A DNA stretch of 32,000 bases, taken from positions 1-32,000 of the forward strand of contig DASQZT010000132.1 of NCBI GenBank assembly GCA_035638575.1, given 5' to 3'. Source of the stretch: Bryobacteraceae bacterium (GTDB lineage Bacteria; Acidobacteriota; Terriglobia; Bryobacterales; Bryobacteraceae). Below, piece by piece: positions 9,640 through 17,220 of the stretch (its first letter is position 1; every line of letters starts with the position of its first letter). A model generated the notes under the pieces. That model did not search any database. It saw only the letters and a program-made list of their open reading frames with translations, and was not told where the DNA came from. A program made the position numbers and the translations under genes.

Positions 9640-10491
9640 TTAACGCCGCCACCTGCGCAACGGTTTCCCGATCGTTAGTTCAGCCCCAGGCGTAGCTGGT
9701 GTCCCGCAGTCGTTGCGCAGCTCGTTGGGGTCGCCTGCCGGCCCCGGACTAACACTGTTGTCGATGCAGGGAATGGCGCTCAGATACGTGTAGATGGCTT
9801 GGATGTCGTAGTCGGTCAGGTTCGAAAAGGTTGGCCACGGCATGACTTGGAGAAGATCGCCGTTGGTATTATTGTCGGGTGAAGTGGGAATGCAGATCGG
9901 GGGCGGCGTGGTGCCTGCTGCAATTGTTGCCAGTTGATCTGCTGTACAGATTGGATGGACGTGATCGAAATCCGTGCCAGTTTTCAGGATCTGCATAAAC
10001 TGTGCAAGGGTCATCCCCCCTTCCGGCAGCCCAGTCTTGTCGGGTGTCAAATTTCTTGCGATCATGTCTGGTCCTCCGTACATGGAAGGCCCGGTTGGAG
10101 TCCCGACTGGACCGAAGTCCTGGCCCCCACTCAGGTAGACCGTCGGATCGACCTTCGCCGGCACGGGAAGCGGCCTTCCAAGAAAAAGATGCGTCGACGC
10201 AAAGTATGGGTTTCCGCCAGTGGCGTAATTGAAGTTTGGCGGCCCGCCACCGGTGTGGCAACCATTGCAGTCGCCTATCGCGTTGACCAGATAGCTGCCC
10301 AGTCCCACCAACTGCTGATCTTTTCCGGCCAGATTCAGCGGGACGGGCGCTATCGCGAGACCTATCTGGCTGAGCATCGCCTCGGTGTCCTGCGCTTGTA
10401 CGCGCGGGGAGCGGATCGATAGGCCCGCGATCAAGATTCCGAAACATACAGCACCTGCCGCTGCCCGTGATGCAAATTGTCTAGTCGTCAC
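9640..10491 (-). CDS. Exported cytochrome c-like protein, one CxxCH heme motif
   Basis: AGGAGG directly before GTG at 10491; signal-like VTTRQFASRAAAGAVCFGILIAGLSIRSPRVQAQD; GDCNGCHTGGG heme motif; NLTDYDIQAIYTYLSAIP is typical of cytochrome c C-terminal helices. Confidence 0.75.
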   Translation of the reverse strand: MTTRQFASRAAAGAVCFGILIAGLSIRSPRVQAQDTEAMLSQIGLAIAPVPLNLAGKDQQLVGLGSYLVNAIGDCNGCHTGGGPPNFNYATGGNPYFASTHLFLGRPLPVPAKVDPTVYLSGGQDFGPVGTPTGPSMYGGPDMIARNLTPDKTGLPEGGMTLAQFMQILKTGTDFDHVHPICTADQLATIAAGTTPPPICIPTSPDNNTNGDLLQVMPWPTFSNLTDYDIQAIYTYLSAIPCIDNSVSPGPAGDPNELRNDCGTPATPGAELTIGKPLRRWRR

Positions 10492-10888
10492 TACCCTCCT
10501 CCTTTGTGGCGCGGAAATCCCGGGCCAATGGACGAAGAGTGTACCACACGCGCAAACACTCTTCAATCGGCGCCACGTTGGGAACGTTGGGATGATGAGC
10601 TGATTTGGCCAGAAGGACTCAATCGACAATCGCCTGGTCCACCGCGTTGGAAACTCTGTGCGCAACCGTCTCTCCTCGACAAAGTTTACCTCAGCGTCGC
10701 AGCCCGTCCCCGTTTTGGGACTCAGCCCTCGCCAGCAGTTAATTCTTCAGTGGGGCAAGATGGCCTGAAAGCCCGACCTGGGTTGGTATCCAGGGCAGGC
10801 CTTCGGTCATTTTCGGGGCCGCCGTCCCGGGCCGTTCGCAAGGCCGCGGTCCGGCGCCCCAGCCTCCGGCGCCCCACCGAAGCCGCTG

Positions 10889-11242
10889 GTGGCGAATGCC
10901 GCTCCCGTGCGCTCGTGCGAGAGCCTGACCTCTGTTTCGCTCCCTGACACCACCATCGATTCCGCCGCCGTCGCTCCAGCCGGCGGACCCTCCCGCATCA
11001 CCGCTACGGTTACGCATCCGCCTTCCGGCGATCGGGTCAAAATATTCATCGGACTTCCGATGCGTGGCTGGAACGGAAGATTCCAGGGAACCGGCGGCGG
11101 CGGCTTTTCGGGAGGCAGCGCGGCCGGCGTGCTCTCGCCGGCAGCTTCCGGCTATGCCGCCGGCGCAACCGACACCGGCCACGAAGGCGGCAGCGGCAGT
11201 TTTGCGCTCGACGCCAACGGGCGGCTCAACTGGCAGGCGTGA
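10889..11242 (+). pseudogene. Tannase/feruloyl-esterase family N-terminal fragment
   Basis: CESLTSVSLPDTTIDSAAVAPAGG...FIGLPMRGWNGRFQGTGGGGFSGG...GYAAGATDTGHEGGSGSFALDANGRLNWQ matches the start of the tannase-family core, then stops at TGA 11240-11242. Confidence 0.7.
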
Positions 11243-11330
11243 TGGTGGTCCAGTCCCACTGCGGGTCCTCGGTCAGAAAGAAACGGAACCAGTCGAGCGT
11301 GATCCCCATGGGCCTTCCGGCAAGCGGAGC
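11234..11330 (-). pseudogene. Internal tannase-family fragment in opposite orientation (boundaries approximate)
   Basis: Minus-strand translation APLAGRPMGITLDWFRFFLTEDPQWDWTTITPAS*; the F-R-F-F/x-DPxWDW motif is typical of a central tannase segment. Confidence 0.55.
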
Positions 11331-11372
11331 CGGCTCCAGGTCGAGCGCGATATCGGCGTGCCGCATTTCGAG

Positions 11373-11633
11373 GTGGATGTTCACATCTTCGAGCCCGGCA
11401 CGGACCGCTATCGCGGCCGCCTGTGCATCTTCGGCGAATGCCCGAAGCCCGGCAAGGACGACTGTTACGTGCCCGGTTGCGGCGCTCAGCTCTTCCTGCG
11501 GCAGTTCGACGGCTACAAGTTCGACCGGCTCGAGTTCTGGGAAGCGAAGAAGGAGATCCTCTTCGAGCGTCCCGGCGCCCCGCCGGAGGACGAGTCGGCC
11601 GGCGGCATCACCGGCGAGGACTTGCCGTTTTAA
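11373..11633 (+). CDS. Small Cys4 hypothetical protein with SSB-like acidic C-tip
   Basis: VDVHIFEPGTDRYRGRLCIFGECPKPGKDDCYVPGCGAQLFLRQFDGYKFDRLEFWEAKKEILFERPGAPPEDESAGGITGEDLPF; start uncertain and the gene could be a truncated remnant. Confidence 0.45.
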   Translation: MDVHIFEPGTDRYRGRLCIFGECPKPGKDDCYVPGCGAQLFLRQFDGYKFDRLEFWEAKKEILFERPGAPPEDESAGGITGEDLPF

Positions 11634-12058
11634 AAAGATCCGCCCGGACTTCCACTTGGTTCAGGATTGTCCCGTATCCTGCGCATCAGGAAAACCCAAA
11701 GGGCCAGCAGAACGAGGAACGGCGACGCGTTGATGAGTATGTTGAGGGCCGCGGGGTTTTCTTGAATCTCGACGTTGACGAGCTTGGCCTGCAAAGCCGC
11801 AAGCACGTCCCGGTAGTCCCGCGGCAGTACGGTGCGCACTGTTCGGCCGCCCTTCAGCACGGCCATCGCCCGGTTCGCGCCCGAGCCGCCTGCGGTGATG
11901 GTCACGCCGGCCACCTGTCCGTCCTCCACCTGTCGGAGAAATTGGGAATAGCTCACCTTCGCTGCGCTGGACCCGGTGGTCCGAACCGTCGCAAGCAGAG
12001 CAAGGGCCACCAGGATCGGCACCATCCAAAAAACGAGAGTCTTCCTGTTCGAATCCAT
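11630..12058 (-). CDS. Small membrane protein similar to the FtsH extracellular/N-terminal domain, without the AAA+ and protease domains
   Basis: MDSNRKTLVFWMVPILVALALLATV...AKVSYSQFLRQVEDGQVAGVTITAGGS...VLPRDYRDVLAALQAKLVNVEIQENPAALNILINASPFLVLLALWVFLMRRI. Confidence 0.75.
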   Translation of the reverse strand: MDSNRKTLVFWMVPILVALALLATVRTTGSSAAKVSYSQFLRQVEDGQVAGVTITAGGSGANRAMAVLKGGRTVRTVLPRDYRDVLAALQAKLVNVEIQENPAALNILINASPFLVLLALWVFLMRRIRDNPEPSGSPGGSF

Positions 12059-12072
12059 ATCCACGCTCCCGG

Positions 12073-12756
12073 CTACACCCGCCTGAACAGCAGATAAACC
12101 GCCGCCAGCAGCAGAACCGCCCCGGCCCCTTTCACCATGCGTGCCACGCCCGGCGTGATCCGCATCGGCTCTCCCGTCTGCCTCACCCAAAACGCGGGTC
12201 CGGCGGCTCCCACCGGCCGGTCTTGAAGTGGCGGAAACAACACCCGCACCAGCGTCAGCAGAAGCAAGCTGATCCCCGCGCCGCGAAACGTTACCCAGAG
12301 TGGCAGCGCCAGGTCCCGGCTCCCCAACTGAAGTATCGCCTGCGACAAACACGCCGTCCCGAGGGCGAACGCGGTCTCCACGGCGCCGGCCAGCGGCCCC
12401 CGCTTGCCCGGCTTCGCGTAAGCATCGTAAAGCTTGAGTGCCAGGAGCGCCACCGCCGCCGGGATCGCCAGCCGCGTCAGGCCCCACGAGCCGCTCACCA
12501 ATGCCCGATCCCGGTATTCCGCGGCGCCCGTGAAAGACAAGTACAGGACGAACGCCTCCATCAGCGTCACCTGCGGGTCGAGTGTGCGCCGCACTCTGCT
12601 CACGATCACCAGCGGCACCACTCCCAGCGCTTCGGCGAGATACCGCACGGTGCCCGCCGATCGCTCGTGGAGGTCGCCCAGCACCTCCTCGCGGCAGGCC
12701 GGCGGCAACAGAAACCCTACAACCGCTTCGGCAATCCTATGCGGAGGCGCGCCCAT
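12073..12756 (-). CDS. Membrane protein (permease-prefix-like N-terminus) next to a PadR regulator
   Basis: N-terminal LLPPACREEVLGDLHERSAGTVRYLAEALGVVPLVIVSRVRR plus several TM segments; overlaps the padR-like gene end. Confidence 0.7.
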   Translation of the reverse strand: MGAPPHRIAEAVVGFLLPPACREEVLGDLHERSAGTVRYLAEALGVVPLVIVSRVRRTLDPQVTLMEAFVLYLSFTGAAEYRDRALVSGSWGLTRLAIPAAVALLALKLYDAYAKPGKRGPLAGAVETAFALGTACLSQAILQLGSRDLALPLWVTFRGAGISLLLLTLVRVLFPPLQDRPVGAAGPAFWVRQTGEPMRITPGVARMVKGAGAVLLLAAVYLLFRRV

Positions 12757-13133
12757 CAGCCCGCCTCCTTACCCCACCGCTTCCCCCATTCCTTGGCCCA
12801 CTCCTTGCCCCACACCTGCGCGATCCCGTCGAAGATCCGTTTGGCCGTCACGGCCGACTCCTGCAACGCCTGCTCCCCCAGCGCCTCCAGCCGGTAACAG
12901 CGCTTGGCGCGGCCGCCCCGCTCCGGCGTCGGATCCGAAAGCTGCGACACCAGGAGGCCTTTGTCCTCCAGCCGGTCCAGCGTGACATACACCGCCCCCA
13001 GCGAGATGTCCTTGGGCCGGGCCAGTTCCTGAACTTTGCCGTGAATGGTGACCCCGTAGGCGTCGTCGCGAAGCAGCAGAACCGCCGTCAGGACCAACTG
13101 CTCGAATTGGCCGAGAGAATCTGTACGGGGCAT
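12756..13133 (-). CDS. PadR-family transcriptional regulator
   Basis: LGQFEQLVLTAVLLLRDDAYGVTIHGKVQELARPKDISLGAVYVTLDRLEDKGLLVSQLSDPTPERGGRAKRCYRLEALGEQAL: classic PadR winged helix. Confidence 0.92.
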   Translation of the reverse strand: MPRTDSLGQFEQLVLTAVLLLRDDAYGVTIHGKVQELARPKDISLGAVYVTLDRLEDKGLLVSQLSDPTPERGGRAKRCYRLEALGEQALQESAVTAKRIFDGIAQVWGKEWAKEWGKRWGKEAG

Positions 13134-13227
13134 TTCTCAAACATTGTATGACAAATCGGCGTGCGCGTCAAGCCGGAAATTTCAGCGTCGAAAATTCTGA
13201 CTCGTGGCTCCTGACTCCTGACTTCGG

Positions 13228-13437
13228 TCAAGGGCGTGGCTTAACCGGGCGGGGCAGATTCGGGGGCGCCTTTGCCTTCTCCTGCGCCTCGCCGCGAATC
13301 GCGGCCCTGGCATCCGCCAGCAGGGTCGGTGGCCTGCCGCGGCGGTTTTTCCTCTGGAGACGTTCGAGGCTTAGAATTGCGGCATCCAGATGCTGCAATT
13401 CCTCGTGAAGTTGCTGGAGCACTTTTGCCAGGTCCAT
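13228..13437 (-). CDS. Small hypothetical coiled-coil protein
   Basis: MDLAKVLQQLHEELQHLDAAILSLERLQRKNRRGRPPT..., 69 aa. Confidence 0.6.
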   Translation of the reverse strand: MDLAKVLQQLHEELQHLDAAILSLERLQRKNRRGRPPTLLADARAAIRGEAQEKAKAPPNLPRPVKPRP

Positions 13438-13570
13438 CGATAAGTTCTCCTGAGGATAGACGTTTTCTTCCTCTCGAGCAAACCGGAGTATGCTGATTGT
13501 GCGATCGGAGAAAAGTAAAGGAATGAAGGGACAATCCGTACCCCGCCTCGGAAAAGAATCTTCTCCGATA

Positions 13571-14035
13571 TCACACCGGACGCTGGAGGATTGCGTCTTG
13601 CGTCAACTCCGACGGGTCGGTGAAAGTCTGTAAGGAATCCAGCGATTCCAGGACGCGCTCGAGCAGGCTGTCGGTCTGCGAGACGGTGGTTTTCAAGACC
13701 TCGATGGAGTGGGCCTGGGTGGTAAGCCGCTCGTCCAGCGAGGCCATGGTCTTCGAGAGCAACTGCTCCATGGCTGCGACGATCTGCGCGGTCGAAGGAA
13801 CCTCCGCCAGCTTCGCGGAGTGTTCGTCCAAGCGCGCCTCGATCTGTGTGAACCGGTTGGTGTTAGTCGATTCCTGCTCGGCCAGCCGGCCCTCCAGGCC
13901 GGCCAGCTCCTTCTTCAGTTCCCTGGCAGCCGACGCATCGGCTCCACCCTCTTTGCGGGAGAGCGCCAAGGCGCCTAACGCAGCGCCCGCCAGGAAGATG
14001 GCCGCTCTCGGTACAAACGCGATCGCTTTATTCAT
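13571..14035 (-). CDS. Hypothetical coiled-coil protein with N-terminal TM anchor
   Basis: From Met at 14035: MNKAIAFVPRAAIFLAGAALGALALSRKEGG...ELKKELAGLEGRLAEQESTNTNRFTQIEARLDEHSAKLAEV; the upstream ORF extension to 14440 is antisense to the kinase. Confidence 0.65.
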   Translation of the reverse strand: MNKAIAFVPRAAIFLAGAALGALALSRKEGGADASAARELKKELAGLEGRLAEQESTNTNRFTQIEARLDEHSAKLAEVPSTAQIVAAMEQLLSKTMASLDERLTTQAHSIEVLKTTVSQTDSLLERVLESLDSLQTFTDPSELTQDAILQRPV

Positions 14036-14069
14036 CCGTGATCCGTTTATAATACGTAACCGCAAGTCT

Positions 14070-15332
14070 ATGCAAGTACTACATTTAGTAACTAAGGTAC
14101 TAGGCAAGTACCGCGCACCTCTCAAGGCAGACTCGCAGCCACTGGACGTAAACGTACTAAGTACTTGCCGGAATTGCCGAATAGGTGTCTTTACTGGCAT
14201 TCTGAATCCGAAAGACCCAACGGACTTAGGAGAGATCCGGTTGAACCACGGCTCTAACTCGGAGGCTGATGCCGGCGGCGCGGGCGATGATCCGCTCCTG
14301 ATGGAGTGCGGCCGGAAGGGGCAGGTCCTCTTCATGACCGAAGCGGCGCGCGCCGCATTCGGACCCGCGGACAACCTCGCCGACGCCATGCGCTCGGTCG
14401 CGCCCTCCGGAACCGCCGCTCTCCTGAAACGCACTTCCACCGCGCGCTTCTCCCCGGTCCTTCAGGAGGGCGACAGCCTGTGGATCACCGCCGAGCTTGC
14501 CGGGCAGGCCGAAGTCACCGCCCGTGGGGAGGCCGCCGCCCTTCTCGACGTGCAGTGGGATTTCCTCCGCAATTACTTCCGCCTGCAAAATGTCGAGCGC
14601 GCGCTCTCTACCCGCACACTCCGTCTGCGCCAGGCAACCGGCGCGCAAACGCTCTTCCAAATCGAGCGCGAGCGCGAGCGCCTCGGCCGCGAAATGCACA
14701 CCGGCCTGGGCCAGACCCTTGCCGCGATCCGCCTGCAGCTCGAAATCATTGCCAGGCAATCCTCCGACCCGCCCTCCCAGGTCCAGCAGGCCTTGTCGCA
14801 CATCTCCATGCTCGCCACCGAGGCGCTGGATTACGTCCGCTCCATTTCCAAACGGCTGCTTCCGCCCGAGTGGCAACGGCTGTCGCTTGAAACCGCACTC
14901 GCCCAACTGTTTGAGATCAGCGGCGTTCCCCAGGGTTTCGAGGTCAACCTGCAACTCGAACCGCTGCCTCACGACCCCGCCCTCGAAGTCAAGGTGCTGC
15001 TGTACCGCGCCGCCCAGGAAGCCCTCTCCAACCTGGTGCGCCACGCCCGTGCCCGGCGCGTCGAGATGACGCTTCGGCACGATAGCGGCGTGCTGGTCCT
15101 GACCGTCCGGGATGACGGCGTCGGATTCGACGCCGAGCGCCTGTTCTCGGCCCCGGCGGGCGTTGCGTCCGGAATCGGGCTCCGCTCCATTCGCGAGCAG
15201 GCCGCTTCGCTCGGCGGCCAATTGCGTATACAAAGCGGCCCCAATGGAACTACACTGGAGGTCTCCGCGCCATTCACAGCAGGACAGGTGGACAGCGTGC
15301 CTCGGCCTGTCCCGCCAAAGAGGAATCGATGA
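14070..15332 (+). CDS. Sensor histidine kinase, NarX/DesK-type (HisKA_3 + HATPase_c)
   Basis: RERERLGREMHTGLGQTLAAIRLQLEIIARQ H-box; YRAAQEALSNLVRHARARRVEMTL; VRDDGVGFD; GIGLRSIREQAASLGGQLRIQSGPNGTTLEVSAP. Start uncertain (14070 or later). Confidence 0.9.
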   Translation: MQVLHLVTKVLGKYRAPLKADSQPLDVNVLSTCRNCRIGVFTGILNPKDPTDLGEIRLNHGSNSEADAGGAGDDPLLMECGRKGQVLFMTEAARAAFGPADNLADAMRSVAPSGTAALLKRTSTARFSPVLQEGDSLWITAELAGQAEVTARGEAAALLDVQWDFLRNYFRLQNVERALSTRTLRLRQATGAQTLFQIERERERLGREMHTGLGQTLAAIRLQLEIIARQSSDPPSQVQQALSHISMLATEALDYVRSISKRLLPPEWQRLSLETALAQLFEISGVPQGFEVNLQLEPLPHDPALEVKVLLYRAAQEALSNLVRHARARRVEMTLRHDSGVLVLTVRDDGVGFDAERLFSAPAGVASGIGLRSIREQAASLGGQLRIQSGPNGTTLEVSAPFTAGQVDSVPRPVPPKRNR

Positions 15333-16024
15333 AACCAGCAGACGAGATCACGTTGGTACTCGCCGACGACCACGCTATCGTGCGCGAAGGCATTGCCGCG
15401 TTGTGCACCGCCAATGGGCTGCACATTGTCGGGCAATGCGCTGACGGTCCCTCGGCGTTGGACATGATCACCAGGCTTAAACCCGATTTCGCCATCCTCG
15501 ACCTGCACATGCCCGGAATGACCGGCGTCGAGACCATCCGCCGCCTGCGCTCCTCCGGTTGCGCCACCAAGTTGATGGTCCTCTCCGTCAGCCGCGAAGA
15601 AGCCACCGTGCGCGAAGCTTTACTCTCCGGCGCCGACGCCTACCTGCTCAAGGACGGACCCTCGCGTCACATGCTGGATGCCATCAGCTATGTCCGGGAA
15701 GGCGGCGTCTGGGTCTCCCCCCTGCTCGGCGGCGCCGGCCTCTACGCCAAGGGCGGGGCGGCCCGGGCCGAAGACCCGCTGGCCGGTCTCAGCCCCCGCG
15801 AACTCGAGGTCTTTCAGTTCCTGGTGGACGGATTGCGCGCCAAGGACATCGCCGACCGGCTCGAAATCAGCCCCAAGACCGTGGACACCTATCGCGCCAG
15901 TCTTATGCGCAAACTAAACGTGCCCGACCTGGTCAGCCTGGTCAAGTTCGCAATCGAGCGCAATCTTACGAGCACTTCGCCCCAGAGGTCCAAGGAAAAC
16001 GCGAGGCCGGTCGCCTGGGAGTGA
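15329..16024 (+). CDS. Response regulator, NarL/FixJ family (REC + LuxR-type HTH)
   Basis: ITLVLADDHAIVREGIAALCTA...DFAILDLHMPGMTGVE...KLMVLSVSREE; LSPRELEVFQFLVDGLRAKDIADRLEISPKTVDTYRASLMRKLNV. Overlaps the kinase 3' end. Confidence 0.95.
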   Translation: MKPADEITLVLADDHAIVREGIAALCTANGLHIVGQCADGPSALDMITRLKPDFAILDLHMPGMTGVETIRRLRSSGCATKLMVLSVSREEATVREALLSGADAYLLKDGPSRHMLDAISYVREGGVWVSPLLGGAGLYAKGGAARAEDPLAGLSPRELEVFQFLVDGLRAKDIADRLEISPKTVDTYRASLMRKLNVPDLVSLVKFAIERNLTSTSPQRSKENARPVAWE

Positions 16025-16166
16025 CCCTTTGGTACTTTTCGAACCAATGGATGAGATCTTCCAGAGCGTCCCTTTCCGCGTACAGGTGTTCTAACAATTC
16101 CAGACGGACTTCTTGGTCCACGTGGTGCTGAATCCACTCGTCCCGAGAGGGGTAAATAGTCGGCAT
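15966..16166 (-). CDS. Possible small protein antisense to the response regulator 3' end
   Basis: MPTIYPSRDEWIQHHVDQEVRLELLEHLYAERDALEDLIHWFEKYQRVTP...; amphipathic, protein-like composition in a gap otherwise without a gene. Confidence 0.35.
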   Translation of the reverse strand: MPTIYPSRDEWIQHHVDQEVRLELLEHLYAERDALEDLIHWFEKYQRVTPRRPASRFPWTSGAKCS

Positions 16167-16591
16167 TCAGATCCTGACATCCGGAGCGGTATCCGACGAC
16201 AATACCAGGATAGATTGATCTCGCTGGTCAAAGCAAGGGATCTTTCGTACTATATATCGCCGCCCTGGCTCTCAGTTCAGGACCAGAGCGGCATTCCGCG
16301 GCGCTTCGAAATCGAGCCCCTGCCCACGAGCCCCGGTGCCCGGCGGCCGGTTCCAGGACGCGTCATGGGGCGGTCGACATATTTCAGGTTACGCTTGTGC
16401 GCGACCTGCATCCGTGCGCTTTTCATGGATTAACTGCTGGCGACTCACTCATCGGGGGATAGGTGACAGATCATGAGCAAAGATTCTCTGCAGGAACGTG
16501 AGCAATATCCGATAACAAGATCTGAATATACCTGAGTTTTTATGAAGGCAAGCCACTTTCGCCGAGTAATGACGTCTTCCGTCTCAGGATA

Positions 16592-16619
16592 TTGCTTAAG
16601 CAGTCGTGGTACTTATAAT
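16592..16619 (+). promoter_or_regulatory. Sigma70-type promoter for the DUF488 gene
   Basis: TTGCTT - 16 bp - TATAAT, with the ATG 6 nt after the -10 box. Confidence 0.55.
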
Positions 16620-16625
16620 ACGGAA

Positions 16626-17186
16626 ATGAGCAAAGCGTGCGGCGAGTCCGGTGGTGTGTTGACCATCGGCCATTCCAACCGCCCGCTCGCGGATCTGCTC
16701 GAGATGCTCACCGCCCACGGCGTCGAGCTTTTGATCGACGTCCGCACCGTGCCGCGCTCCCGTCACAACCCGCAATTCAACCGCGAATCCCTGCCCGCGT
16801 CTCTGGCCGCCGCGGGCATCCAATACCTGCACATGCCCGGCCTCGGCGGCCTGCGCCACGCGCGCAAAGACTCCATCAACGCCGGCTGGCGCAATCCCGG
16901 TTTCCGCGGATTCGCCGATTACATGCAGACCCCCGAATTCGCCGAAAACCTGGCAGGCCTGGAGCGCCTCGGCCAGGCCCATGTGGCCGCCATCATGTGC
17001 GCCGAGTCACTCCCCTGGCGCTGCCACCGCTCCCTGATCGCCGACGCCCTCACCGTCCGTGGGATCCCCGTCCGGCACATCATGGCCGCGGGCAAAGCCG
17101 ATCTCCACCATCTCACCGCCTTCGCCCGCGTCGAAGGCGCTCGAATCACCTATCCCCCCGCGGACCTGGAAATGTTCCGGGAGTGA
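16626..17186 (+). CDS. DUF488 family protein
   Basis: LTIGHSNRPLADLLEMLTAHGVELLIDVRTVPRSRHNPQFNRESL...GLGGLRHARKDS...GFRGFADYMQT...AAIMCAESLPWRCHRSLIADALTVRGIPVRHI. Confidence 0.93.
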   Translation: MSKACGESGGVLTIGHSNRPLADLLEMLTAHGVELLIDVRTVPRSRHNPQFNRESLPASLAAAGIQYLHMPGLGGLRHARKDSINAGWRNPGFRGFADYMQTPEFAENLAGLERLGQAHVAAIMCAESLPWRCHRSLIADALTVRGIPVRHIMAAGKADLHHLTAFARVEGARITYPPADLEMFRE

Positions 17187-17220
17187 CCGGGCGGTTGAAA
17201 TCCGATTCCGCGGCGAATGC

